Positions 38,860-47,792 of a DNA stretch of 64,000 bases are shown here, piece by piece. The notes under the pieces were generated by a model. That model made no database searches, was not told the DNA's origin, and worked only from the letters and a program-made list of their open reading frames with translations. The first letter of the stretch is position 1; each line of letters starts with the position of its first letter. The position numbers and the translations under genes were made by a program. Source of the stretch: a virus; IMG/VR virus record IMGVR_UViG_3300020430_000008, positions 64,001 to 128,000 of that record; one strand, given 5' to 3'.

Positions 38860-40132
38860 CGCCTGCCTCCAACTCTGTAAGCCATGCGTCGATATCTAAG
38901 TTTTGTTCGCCTGCGAAAGCTTCGCAGAATTGAGAATACATGTTCTCAGGTGTGAAGTTATTAAGAATGTGCTTCTTAAGCCTGTTAGCAGTTCCTTGGT
39001 GACGAGAATGATTCTTGTGCAAATCACGAATCTGCTTCTTAAAGCTGCCCTCTTCTGGCTCACACCACTGAGAACCTTGCTGAATCACTCCCTCCCACAA
39101 CGTTTCCTGCGGGACCGGTCCCAGCTTGTAATCTACCTTCAAAAAATGAGGGCGAAGCTTGTCAGTCTTCTTGCTGTTGCTGGGAGCCATGAGAAAGTCC
39201 ATGTGACCGCTCCAAGCAGGAGCAACAACAGGCAGTCCACAATATGCTGCCTCAAAAATAGGTAACCCATAGCCCTCGCCATGTGTTAAAGTAACAAGAC
39301 CCTTAATCTTAGGGTGCTGATACAAGCTGTGGATTTCGTTCTCTGACATATGCCCGTGGATTAAATGAATCTTGCACTTACGATCAGGATACGCTTCAAG
39401 CATATTAGCAAGCTGCTTCTTAATAAACACTCGGTCAATGTTGGAAGTGTTCATGTGAAAAACCTTAAGAGCTAATCCAACATCCTCATCATCATGAAAC
39501 TCTTCGATAAACCATTCGATGGTGTTGTGTACATTCTTGCGCGGACCCCACTGGGCTACACAGAGAAAGTTAAAATCTGTACTCAAGTCAAGACCCAGAT
39601 CATCAGGGTTTGAGTTTGACGTGTCCTTTACAGGATAGTTAACAGTGGTAATCGGAGTCTCGCACTTGAGAGTTCCAATGCGCTCGTTTGTTCCCTGCTT
39701 CATGATACCATAAGATGTGGACTCATACACTTCTTTAGAGTGATTGGACACAACGATAATACGATCCATTTCGCGAGACTTCTCAATCCACTGTGGGGCT
39801 ACCATGGTAGTCTCGATACCAGCAGTGTAGCCGACATTGACAGGCGCAATCTTCTTCCACTCGTTAGGAATAGTAACTTGCAGAGAGATGTCATATTGCC
39901 CACCATTCTGTTGGTGGATCACAGTCTTGTGAAGCATACGGTCAATCCACTCGCGCTCTTCATCATCATCGTGAATCCAGCCGGTATTACCCCAGTTGGT
40001 TGCGTGCAGATAAATATCGTACTGGTCTTCCAGAGTACGCAAGGAGCGCAGAGCAAATCTACATTGCTCCCCGTATCCTGATAGTGTAAGTGCAGGTCCA
40101 ATCACAATGACCTTTTGTCTATTATCATTCAT
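38843..40132 (-). CDS. GT4-family glycosyltransferase
   Basis: SGYG, RKN, GEGYGLPIFEAAYCGLPVV. Confidence 0.9.
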   Translation of the reverse strand: MNDNRQKVIVIGPALTLSGYGEQCRFALRSLRTLEDQYDIYLHATNWGNTGWIHDDDEEREWIDRMLHKTVIHQQNGGQYDISLQVTIPNEWKKIAPVNVGYTAGIETTMVAPQWIEKSREMDRIIVVSNHSKEVYESTSYGIMKQGTNERIGTLKCETPITTVNYPVKDTSNSNPDDLGLDLSTDFNFLCVAQWGPRKNVHNTIEWFIEEFHDDEDVGLALKVFHMNTSNIDRVFIKKQLANMLEAYPDRKCKIHLIHGHMSENEIHSLYQHPKIKGLVTLTHGEGYGLPIFEAAYCGLPVVAPAWSGHMDFLMAPSNSKKTDKLRPHFLKVDYKLGPVPQETLWEGVIQQGSQWCEPEEGSFKKQIRDLHKNHSRHQGTANRLKKHILNNFTPENMYSQFCEAFAGEQNLDIDAWLTELEAGVEEHE

Positions 40133-41403
40133 AGCTCAGTATGCTCCCATCCCTTATAGTTTTTGCGACCCTCGGGGTGATTCCAAGAGCCAAAGTTTTC
40201 GTGTGCCTCTTCCAACAGGCTGACCCAGCGCTGACCAAAGTTTTGGAAGTTGAAATTATTCAGCGTGAACTCTCGACCGGAAAGACCTAAAGCAGAGCGG
40301 TCTGCGGCAGACATGTTATACATTTCCTTCAAGGCGTTGATAAAGTCTTCCTTAGAAATGCGGTCCTCGTAGATGTACGGAACGTCCTGAGAGCCAATAA
40401 TAGCCTTAGACGAGGGTTCAATGCCAATACCAAACCACTTTGTTCCGTCCGTTACTTGGTCCTGCAAGCCACCAGTCATGTTGACAATAATAGGTGTACC
40501 GCAAGAAAGAGACTCAAGAGTTGCAAGCCCAAAACCTTCGGCGTCACTGACATTGATTGTGCAATCAACAGCGTTGTACATCTTGGCTAACTGCTGTGGC
40601 GGGATCTTTTGCGTTGACAACAGAATCTGCCCCTCAGTCATGCCAGTGCGCTCCATAATGGCGATCATGTCTTGACCATGCTGGTCCTTTGGATCTGTAT
40701 GCATCAGCAGACGTGCCTTGTCATGACCGACTTCATCAAGAAAGTCCTTGAACCACCACATAATGCTGCCTGTTTGCTTACGGCGGGCATTGCGATTGTT
40801 CCAGAAGAAAGTAAATTTGTTATCTTCCTCGCCCTCGGGGATTTTGAAAAACACTCTTCTAAAAGCATTGATTTCATCTTGCGCCATCGGCGCGAAGACG
40901 CTGCCATCGACAGCGTGAGGCAGATATTCTCTCGCAACTGTAGGAGAGACATTCGCAACGATATCGTCAGTGACCTTAGAAATCGTAACAACCATATCAT
41001 TTGAATCATAGAACTTCTGATTAAACATAGGGTACGGCTTGTTGTCCCACACATGATAATAAATCAGCGGAACCAAGGGGCGAACCTCTTGCTCAATCAT
41101 CCACAACCAGCCGAAAAAGCGCGGGTCGGTCATAAACCACAGAATGTCAGGACGCTCAGTGCGCAGAATAGAGCGTACAGCGTCAGGAGTACCATACCCA
41201 TCGACCGGATAGATAGTCCAAAGGTCGCCCCATTCCTCAGTCTTCTGTGGCTGATGGTCTGGATGGCGAATAGCGCCGCCAAGACTGACAACTTCAAACT
41301 TGCCAGACCTAAGTAGCGCTTCAATCACATACTTTGTTTGTGTACCGACACCCGATGGAGATAACGGATGGTCGGAGATGGTTAATACTTTAATTTTTCT
41401 CAC
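40129..41403 (-). CDS. GT4-family glycosyltransferase
   Basis: SGVG, NRNARRK, EGFGLATLESLSCGTPII. Confidence 0.9.
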   Translation of the reverse strand: MRKIKVLTISDHPLSPSGVGTQTKYVIEALLRSGKFEVVSLGGAIRHPDHQPQKTEEWGDLWTIYPVDGYGTPDAVRSILRTERPDILWFMTDPRFFGWLWMIEQEVRPLVPLIYYHVWDNKPYPMFNQKFYDSNDMVVTISKVTDDIVANVSPTVAREYLPHAVDGSVFAPMAQDEINAFRRVFFKIPEGEEDNKFTFFWNNRNARRKQTGSIMWWFKDFLDEVGHDKARLLMHTDPKDQHGQDMIAIMERTGMTEGQILLSTQKIPPQQLAKMYNAVDCTINVSDAEGFGLATLESLSCGTPIIVNMTGGLQDQVTDGTKWFGIGIEPSSKAIIGSQDVPYIYEDRISKEDFINALKEMYNMSAADRSALGLSGREFTLNNFNFQNFGQRWVSLLEEAHENFGSWNHPEGRKNYKGWEHTEL

Positions 41404-41413
41404 TTATTTTTCC

Positions 41414-42175
41414 TCATGGGCAATCCGCAGTCTTATAGAATGCACACCGTTGACACGACAAGCGATTCTTGATGTGGTTGCCCTTAATAATATTTTGTAG
41501 TGCTTTGTCTAGCAAAGCTAGAGCATTGTCGGTCTTTCTTGGACCGCTTGTTACTCTAAAAATCTCGACCCTGTTCTTCTTAGCTGTGCGCTTGAGAAGT
41601 GCGAAGTGAGTCTCAATCATCTTCGGGTCAATGCCATGCTTAATGGCATAAAAATGTTTGTACAAAGTCAACTGGTAAGTCGTCATGGGTTCGCTGCGAC
41701 GTTTTGCATCCCAGCCCCATGAACACGACTTCCAGTCAACAATGTGAATCTTCTCATCGGAAGTCTTGATCACCGCGTCGATAAAACCCTTGAAGTTATA
41801 ATCGGCATAACCGGTGATTGGTTCAAATATTTGTTCCTCAGTAGAAACTACTTCATAATCCTCACCAAAATAATCCTCGACCGCATCTTCGATCTCAGGC
41901 ATAATGTTCTTTCCCTGTGTTGCCATGTCAACAACAAGCTTCTGGTTAATCTCAACGTCATCGTCAAGACTTGCAATGTTGTTTCGTAGCTCATCAATGA
42001 AGAGCTTTGGAGACACAGCTTCGCGGAGCAGCATCTTCTCACAAATTGTGTGAATAGCTGTTCCAAAAGCCGTGTATTCGTTGCCCTTGAAACCAGCAAG
42101 CTTGTCAATGTGAACAAGCTTGTGATAAAAAGCGCAGGTATTCCAGTTCTTAAGTTCAGAAAAAGAAATATGCAC
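41414..42175 (-). CDS. PD-(D/E)XK nuclease, Cas4/RecB-like with four Cys
   Basis: ISFS.L..W..C, GTAIH, GFID, IVDWK, QL.LY, CQRC.......C. Confidence 0.88.
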   Translation of the reverse strand: MHISFSELKNWNTCAFYHKLVHIDKLAGFKGNEYTAFGTAIHTICEKMLLREAVSPKLFIDELRNNIASLDDDVEINQKLVVDMATQGKNIMPEIEDAVEDYFGEDYEVVSTEEQIFEPITGYADYNFKGFIDAVIKTSDEKIHIVDWKSCSWGWDAKRRSEPMTTYQLTLYKHFYAIKHGIDPKMIETHFALLKRTAKKNRVEIFRVTSGPRKTDNALALLDKALQNIIKGNHIKNRLSCQRCAFYKTADCP

Positions 42176-42182
42176 AGTTACC

Positions 42183-42521
42183 TCAGTTGGTAGTAGTTGT
42201 TTTCTTAGCGGTAGTCTTTCTAGTGGTCGTCTTCTTGGTGGTGGTCTTCTTGGCGGTCGTCTTTACAACCTTCTCAAAGATCCAAACACCAGAACGGTTA
42301 CCACCCTTGCCTTCGCGACTGACCCAATTAGACAAAGCGCCACAGGTTTGAACCATTCTGTAGTTGCCGTAACCGTCTTGCTTAATAATGTCAAGAGCAT
42401 TGGTGTCGGTACATTCCAGAATAGGTTCGCGAGCCAAGTGACGTTCAGGCAACTCAACCTTGAGAGTGAGGTGCTTCTTGTCTTTACTGAGTTCGATATC
42501 GTAAGCGTAATCAGTAGCCAT
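42183..42521 (-). CDS. Hypothetical protein with K/T-rich histone H1-like tail
   Basis: Start ATG 42521; C-terminus KTTAKKTTTKKTTTRKTTAKK. Confidence 0.6.
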   Translation of the reverse strand: MATDYAYDIELSKDKKHLTLKVELPERHLAREPILECTDTNALDIIKQDGYGNYRMVQTCGALSNWVSREGKGGNRSGVWIFEKVVKTTAKKTTTKKTTTRKTTAKKTTTTN

Positions 42522-43287
42522 CGTTAATCCATCCTTCTTGTTCTTCTTTTTCCATTTCGTCCGCAGGTTGGAACTGACCTGCCTGTACAATCGCCATAAG
42601 CTTCTCATGGAGAACAGGACAAATTTGTTTTATGTACTTGGGATCCTCACCAGTGAAAATCGCCTCAAACCCATTTGCCCAGTACTCGGACACAGAGGTT
42701 GCGGCATATGGCGACAGGAAAAGCCCGCTGACCATATGCCTTAGTCTATCATATCCTACAGTTTTATACAAGAATTTATCGAACTTTTTATCATATTCTG
42801 GATTGATGTAGTCATACATGCTGAGATTGTGAATGCCGTGGGCATTTAAAGTGCTGTAAAGTACACGGCGCTTGTTGATAAACTCAGTTTCAAGCTGTCC
42901 GTCGCCAAAGATTTCCATTCCATAGTTTTTCTCAACCGCGTGCGCCACTTCATGTACAACGTCATCAAACATATCAGCTTCATCGTCTTGATCGTTTGTC
43001 AAATAGATAGCCCCGTCTTCGTACAGGGCGTCAATATCTCTAGCTTTAAACATTTCAAAATCACCGATAATGATTGCGTCAACATCCATCATCAAAAATG
43101 GTGGGATAAGTTGCTCGATTTTAGTTAAAACATTTTCAAGATCAAAACCCTTTGGAAGAGGGTTTTTAATGTAAATATCAATGTGGTTGTGAAGCCTGAC
43201 TTGTGCAGTCTTCATTTCATTAACAAAGTCGCTACTGCTAGACCTTGCAATATACTCTGTTAATCCGTCATTCCGTTTCTGTGTCAT
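42511..43287 (-). CDS. Zincin-like metallopeptidase
   Basis: VHEVAH plus downstream YAATSVSEYWA (third-ligand Glu as in gluzincin-type proteins). Confidence 0.7.
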   Translation of the reverse strand: MTQKRNDGLTEYIARSSSSDFVNEMKTAQVRLHNHIDIYIKNPLPKGFDLENVLTKIEQLIPPFLMMDVDAIIIGDFEMFKARDIDALYEDGAIYLTNDQDDEADMFDDVVHEVAHAVEKNYGMEIFGDGQLETEFINKRRVLYSTLNAHGIHNLSMYDYINPEYDKKFDKFLYKTVGYDRLRHMVSGLFLSPYAATSVSEYWANGFEAIFTGEDPKYIKQICPVLHEKLMAIVQAGQFQPADEMEKEEQEGWINDGY

Positions 43288-43675
43288 TTTCTACAGGTAC
43301 TTCGGTGCTGCCATTTGGAGCAGTGACGGCAGGCGTTTCGCCAAGCTCGATTGCACCTTCCTTAAGAAGCTCAAAGCCCTTCTCAGAGTCGTGCAGCGCC
43401 TGTGCATAGCCGCGCATCCAATTCTCTTCTGCAATGGCAAGCATAAGCTCTGGAAACTCAACTCCAAAAGCGTGTACAATCATCTCGGTTGTCACATTGC
43501 CATCTGCAGGCTTGAGAATGTTGCCGACATAATCAATAAGCCACTCCTTCATAGGGTTGACTGCCTCAACAGGTTCAGTCAATACAGGATTCTTCTCCTG
43601 TTGCGCTTCGGCAGGAAACTCGCCAGTCTCGGTGCTGTCAACAAGCCCATTGGTGAGCCATTTAATTTCAGCCAT
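43268..43675 (-). CDS. Hypothetical acidic protein
   Basis: AAGGAG SD; first gene after a consensus promoter. Confidence 0.65.
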   Translation of the reverse strand: MAEIKWLTNGLVDSTETGEFPAEAQQEKNPVLTEPVEAVNPMKEWLIDYVGNILKPADGNVTTEMIVHAFGVEFPELMLAIAEENWMRGYAQALHDSEKGFELLKEGAIELGETPAVTAPNGSTEVPVENDTETE

Positions 43676-43698
43676 AGTATTATTTCTCCTTAGCTATC

Positions 43699-43727
43699 AT
43701 TATAACCGCTTAAGAACGGTGTGTCAA
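43699..43727 (-). promoter_or_regulatory. Consensus sigma70 promoter
   Basis: TTGACA-17 nt-TATAAT with upstream A-tract. Confidence 0.9.
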
Positions 43728-43734
43728 GTTTTTT

Positions 43735-45093
43735 TTATAAAATCTTTGCTGCTAATGTTGCAACTTTTGATCTCTCGCCCTTGGTCAACGTAATGTGACC
43801 AGCGATTGAGTGAGACTTAAACTTCTCAACAGCATATGCTAAGCCGTTTGTTGTCTCGTCAATATGCATATTGTCAATCTGTTCAATATCACCAGTCAAT
43901 ACAACCTTTGAATTCTCACCAACACGGGTAATAATCGTCTTCAATTCGTGTACTGACAAATTCTGGGCTTCGTCAATAATTATAAAGGCGTTGGAAATTG
44001 AGCGTCCGCGAATGTAAGTAATCGCCTCGACCTCAATCTTGCCTTGCTCCATGTACTGCTCAAGCATCAGCTTGTCATTGCCCATAAGAAACTGTAGATT
44101 GTCCTGAATGGGCGCAAGCCATGGTAACATCTTTTCTTCCATTGTACCGGGCAGGAACCCAATGTCCTTACCCAGTGGCTGTACGGGTCTTGACACAATA
44201 AGCTTCTTATATGGGTTGTTCCGTTTACCGCCGCCTTGGTCATACATGCCGATAGTCTGCTCAATACCGGCTGCAATGGCGCACAGCGTCTTTCCAGAGC
44301 CAGCCTTGCCCACCAGCGTGATGATGGGGATGTCGGGGTTCATAAGCATGTCCAGAGCGAATGCTTGCTCCTTGTTGCGTGCGTTCACGTTCCAGACACC
44401 GTTCTTGTAACGAACAACAGACTTAAGTGGAGATTGTTCATTAACGTATTTGCACAAAGCGGTCTTCTTGTCGTTTGTGGAAGACACAAGCATAATGTAC
44501 TGGTTGGCATTAAAGTTGACTGCCTTCTCTTCTTGGTCTAAAAAGATTTCTTCACCTTCGTAGAAGCGATCAACAATCTCTTCATCAACCAAGTGCTCAA
44601 CAAAACCAGTATACAGCTTCTCCCGATCCTCAACCACGTCGTTGACAACTTTATAATCAGAGCAGCGCAGACCAACCGAGTCGCTTATGACTCTCATGTT
44701 GATGTCGTTTGAAACGAGCGTGACTTGCGCCTTCTCATTGTTCTGTTGCTCTGCGAGCGCGCAGGCAATAATAATATGATCAGGAATGGTGGGGTCAAGG
44801 TCTTGAGGCAAAATGCCTAGATTAGACGACGAATAGCCACGCACATACAGCATGCCCTTGCCGCGTCCCAGACGGGCTCCTTTAAGCAGACTCTTTTTCT
44901 CGCGCAAACTGTCAAGCATGCGAATGACACGGCGGGCATTAGAGCCGACTGTATCTTGTCGCTTCTTGTGTTTGTCGATCTCTTCAAGCACCTTGAGGGG
45001 CAAAACGATATCATTGTTGCCAAATGCGTGAAGCGAGCTAGCGTCCGTTAAAAGGACGCTTGTATCTAAAACTTTGATTTTCTTAATAGCCAT
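43735..45093 (-). CDS. phoH: PIN-PhoH (PhoH2-type) ATPase/RNase
   Basis: PIN VLDTSVL...EEID...D..I...ND; PhoH GKAGSGKT, GFLPG, RGRS, IIDEAQN, GDIEQID. Confidence 0.93.
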   Translation of the reverse strand: MAIKKIKVLDTSVLLTDASSLHAFGNNDIVLPLKVLEEIDKHKKRQDTVGSNARRVIRMLDSLREKKSLLKGARLGRGKGMLYVRGYSSSNLGILPQDLDPTIPDHIIIACALAEQQNNEKAQVTLVSNDINMRVISDSVGLRCSDYKVVNDVVEDREKLYTGFVEHLVDEEIVDRFYEGEEIFLDQEEKAVNFNANQYIMLVSSTNDKKTALCKYVNEQSPLKSVVRYKNGVWNVNARNKEQAFALDMLMNPDIPIITLVGKAGSGKTLCAIAAGIEQTIGMYDQGGGKRNNPYKKLIVSRPVQPLGKDIGFLPGTMEEKMLPWLAPIQDNLQFLMGNDKLMLEQYMEQGKIEVEAITYIRGRSISNAFIIIDEAQNLSVHELKTIITRVGENSKVVLTGDIEQIDNMHIDETTNGLAYAVEKFKSHSIAGHITLTKGERSKVATLAAKIL

Positions 45094-45128
45094 GGTGACT
45101 CTACTATAAATATCTCTTTGTAATGTTT

Positions 45129-45368
45129 TTAACTCAACAACACGACCAAAGCAGCATAAAGTCTCATAAAAATTGTTGGGCGCTGGTACAGTATTCCTTT
45201 GGATGCTCGCTTACGGGCTTTTTTAAGCTCCAGTGGTGTGAGCGCTAGGTTTTCAATCTTGCCATCTTCGTTGACAACCGTAACCCTATAATATTCAACT
45301 TTCTTTCTACCTACATACCGCCTTAATGCCTTGTGAGGCAAAAACTCTAATTTTCCTATAAACTTCAT
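45129..45368 (-). CDS. Hypothetical basic protein
   Basis: GGAGG SD; ACTATTTA motif upstream. Confidence 0.55.
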   Translation of the reverse strand: MKFIGKLEFLPHKALRRYVGRKKVEYYRVTVVNEDGKIENLALTPLELKKARKRASKGILYQRPTIFMRLYAALVVLLS

Positions 45369-45403
45369 CCATAACGCCCTCCCTTGCGGTTACAAATGCA
45401 CAG

Positions 45404-45412
45404 TAAATAGTT
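45404..45412 (-). promoter_or_regulatory. Putative late promoter motif AACTATTTA
   Basis: Same motif as 7544-7552. Confidence 0.5.
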
Positions 45413-45617
45413 ATGAGATCTTTACTAAGAGATGTTTTTGATACCATCGCATCCACTTTGGAGAGTATTGAGCAGGTGATGCCCATATGACTCGCGCCGT
45501 TCCGCGCTCATCGTCAACCATCTCAATCAAGCCGACACATACAATACCTCTTTGAACATCATGAACATGCCTAACAGCATCCCCCACCTTCAATATGATC
45601 ATGTTTTCCTTTTCCAC
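45411..45617 (-). CDS. Small SH3/KOW-like hypothetical protein
   Basis: LKVGDAVRH...VGLI...VIW; start uncertain. Confidence 0.5.
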   Translation of the reverse strand: MEKENMIILKVGDAVRHVHDVQRGIVCVGLIEMVDDERGTARVIWASPAQYSPKWMRWYQKHLLVKIS

Positions 45618-45891
45618 TTATTCTAATCCATGCTCCCCACATGATGGGTACTGCAAGCCAGTGGAGACAGAGAATCCAAGCGGCAGGTGCGCCGGCATAG
45701 AACGCGGGATGAACATAGTTTCCAAGAGCAATGAATAGAATAGGGAACAGTACATCTTCGATTATCTCCCACACGACTATAATAATAACTAGAGCCATGC
45801 CGTGCTCTTTGAGAGTTTGCTTTAGAGAATCCCATTTGAAATGTCCTAGCTTGTGTGACAGGCGTTCTTTCAACCATTTAAAAAACTTCAC
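45571..45891 (-). CDS. Hypothetical membrane protein
   Basis: Several hydrophobic segments. Confidence 0.6.
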   Translation of the reverse strand: MKFFKWLKERLSHKLGHFKWDSLKQTLKEHGMALVIIIVVWEIIEDVLFPILFIALGNYVHPAFYAGAPAAWILCLHWLAVPIMWGAWIRISGKGKHDHIEGGGCC

Positions 45892-46373
45892 TGTGTTAAG
45901 TCATCCAATATTTGTATGTATGTGTCTTCGACGCCAGCAACATAGCCAGTATGTGTGTGGACAATTCTCATCTCACGATCAATAATCAAAGTAAAAGGGA
46001 TTGCTTTGGACGGGTTGTACTGCGAAACAACTGATGTCTCTGTGTCAAACAGTGCTGTGAACTGGTATTTGCGCGATTTGATATATGCCTTGGCTTTTGA
46101 CACTTCTCTTGCCGCGTCAATACTAATCACAACAACGTCAACACCTTTATCTTCGTACTTCTTGTCGATAGCGTTTAAATGCGGTAACTCAACCAAACAA
46201 GGGCGGCACCATGTAGCCCAAAAGTTCATAACAATAATCTCGCCTTTATGTTCATGCAAATCATATGCATCACCAACAAGATCGCGCAAAGAAAAATCCG
46301 GCGCTTGCGGATTAGTAGCGAATGACGATGTGCTGGTTAGCGATAAAATGGCGGCTAATAAAAACTTCTTCAT
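45888..46373 (-). CDS. TlpA/ResA-like thiol-disulfide oxidoreductase with signal peptide
   Basis: Start ATG 46373 after AAGGAG; APDF.L, NFWATWCRPC..ELP, IP.T..ID. Confidence 0.92.
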   Translation of the reverse strand: MKKFLLAAILSLTSTSSFATNPQAPDFSLRDLVGDAYDLHEHKGEIIVMNFWATWCRPCLVELPHLNAIDKKYEDKGVDVVVISIDAAREVSKAKAYIKSRKYQFTALFDTETSVVSQYNPSKAIPFTLIIDREMRIVHTHTGYVAGVEDTYIQILDDLTQ

Positions 46374-46639
46374 GTTTTCTCCTTGCTTATTATACAATCA
46401 TCGAACACAAATGTCAAATCACCAACGTTAATCGGTATCTGGCACTTTCTCAAAGCGGCGGCTTCGTTTTCATACAAAACCTCGGCATGCCATCCAGCGT
46501 ATCCGTCCCAGTTTTCACTCTTTGGCACTTGAATGCGATTAGTGAGTTTAACGTGAGTGTGTGGTATACCAGAGCCAGCAGGAGATTGAACCAAAACAAC
46601 ATCGCCTTGCTTGTATTTCAATTTCCTATCTCCTGCCAT
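46370..46639 (-). CDS. Hypothetical protein
   Basis: YKQGDVVLV pattern; start may be TTG 46621. Confidence 0.5.
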   Translation of the reverse strand: MAGDRKLKYKQGDVVLVQSPAGSGIPHTHVKLTNRIQVPKSENWDGYAGWHAEVLYENEAAALRKCQIPINVGDLTFVFDDCIISKEKT

Positions 46640-47487
46640 GCGTCGTTTCCGTCAGAAATAAACGTCTTGAAGCTAGCTGGTGCCGGTAGAGCTACTGATG
46701 CGTCAATACCGTTGATCGTATCAGAGCCAGCGCGGGCAATAGTGATTGTATTGACATCAGCATAGCCTGCCGCATCTTTGACTGTAACAACCATACCGGG
46801 ATTGTCGCTGGCATCAGGCAGAGTAAGCGTGATAGCGCTGTTAATACCACCCTGATTAGTTGGACGGGTATTTACAAGGATGACACATTCTGTGTCGGTA
46901 ATTGTGTATGTCGTTCCGGGGTCATTTGATGCGCCAATGTTGGTAACCCTTAATGCCATTGACCCGCCAACAGTCAAAGTTGACTTTGGGGCAGAATGGT
47001 TAACTCCAACGTTATTATTTCCACCGTCCACAAACAACATATGTGTGTTGCTATCGGATTCAACACGGAAATCAACAAGCGAGTCGGATTGTTCATTGAC
47101 AACAACTTCCGGCACCATACCATTTAGACGAATACCCTCTCTCACAGCCCCAGCATCGTTAATCTTTAAAACAATGTGCTTATTTGTCTGCTGCTGTTGA
47201 ATTACAAGATTGTCGGAATCATTAATGAAAACCTTGGCTCTGTCAGCACCACCCTCAGTGAATTGTACGCACGGCTCAGTTGATTCAATAGTAATCATTT
47301 CCGATGGCGTAGACGTGCCAAAACCGACACGACCAGAACTATCAATGATTACCCTTTCTGTACCGCCGGTTTGGATTCTAACACTGTCGTCATCACTGTT
47401 AAGCTCAACCATAACTTTGGTATCACCGTCTGCGTCCTGCAGTGTATCTTCGTTGACCTGATCTGGGTTAAGTTTGCTGCGTGACAT
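46618..47487 (-). CDS. Tail-fibre/decoration-like structural protein
   Basis: ERVIIDSSGRVGFGTSTP, DFRVES, VGVN..AP.STLTV.GS, ITLTLP...G....VKD repeats typical of phage fibre proteins. Confidence 0.7.
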   Translation of the reverse strand: MSRSKLNPDQVNEDTLQDADGDTKVMVELNSDDDSVRIQTGGTERVIIDSSGRVGFGTSTPSEMITIESTEPCVQFTEGGADRAKVFINDSDNLVIQQQQTNKHIVLKINDAGAVREGIRLNGMVPEVVVNEQSDSLVDFRVESDSNTHMLFVDGGNNNVGVNHSAPKSTLTVGGSMALRVTNIGASNDPGTTYTITDTECVILVNTRPTNQGGINSAITLTLPDASDNPGMVVTVKDAAGYADVNTITIARAGSDTINGIDASVALPAPASFKTFISDGNDAWQEIGN

Positions 47488-47669
47488 TATTTCTTAATCC
47501 TATAAGAGTCCGAATCTTCTGCGTGCAGAAGCAAATCTTTGGTGCCAGTCCAGCGTGATTGTTCAACAAAAATCTTCATTGCCTCGTCCTTGCTATTAGC
47601 CAAGATTGCCCCCAAATCACGGTACTTCTTAGTTCTTCTATTATACTCTTGAATGATAAAGTTCTTCAT
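47487..47669 (-). CDS. Hypothetical protein
   Basis: 60 aa, GAGG SD. Confidence 0.55.
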   Translation of the reverse strand: MKNFIIQEYNRRTKKYRDLGAILANSKDEAMKIFVEQSRWTGTKDLLLHAEDSDSYRIKK

Positions 47670-47690
47670 TTTTTGTTACCTCGTTATCGA

Positions 47691-47787
47691 TGGCTGGAGG
47701 GGTAGGAGTCGAACCTACAAGATGCGCTTTCGCGTACTCACCGCCCGAGAAACAGTCGGGTGCGTCTGCCAATTTCGCCACCCCCCA
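47691..47787 (-). tRNA. Atypical 97-nt tRNA, anticodon GTT (Asn) on a long-variable-arm body
   Basis: Acceptor TGGGGGG/CCCTCCA, G73, encoded CCA; D-arm GCGAAATTGGCAGACGC; anticodon arm CCCGA-CTGTTTC-TCGGG; 25-nt variable arm; T-arm GTAGG-TTCGACT-CCTAC. Confidence 0.8.
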
Positions 47788-47792
47788 AAATA

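Noticed and set aside
23588-41403. Bacterial chromosomal O-antigen/capsule locus
   Set aside because: No wzx/wzy/wzm/wzt seen; continuous with phage sigma, baseplate and PhoH genes on the same strand.
41414-42175. CRISPR-Cas system
   Set aside because: Only a solo Cas4-like gene; I saw no repeat-spacer array or other cas genes.
47691-47787. tRNA-Sec or UGA suppressor serving the UGA at 55923
   Set aside because: Anticodon is GTT, not TCA; 7-bp acceptor and short D-stem do not fit tRNA-Sec.
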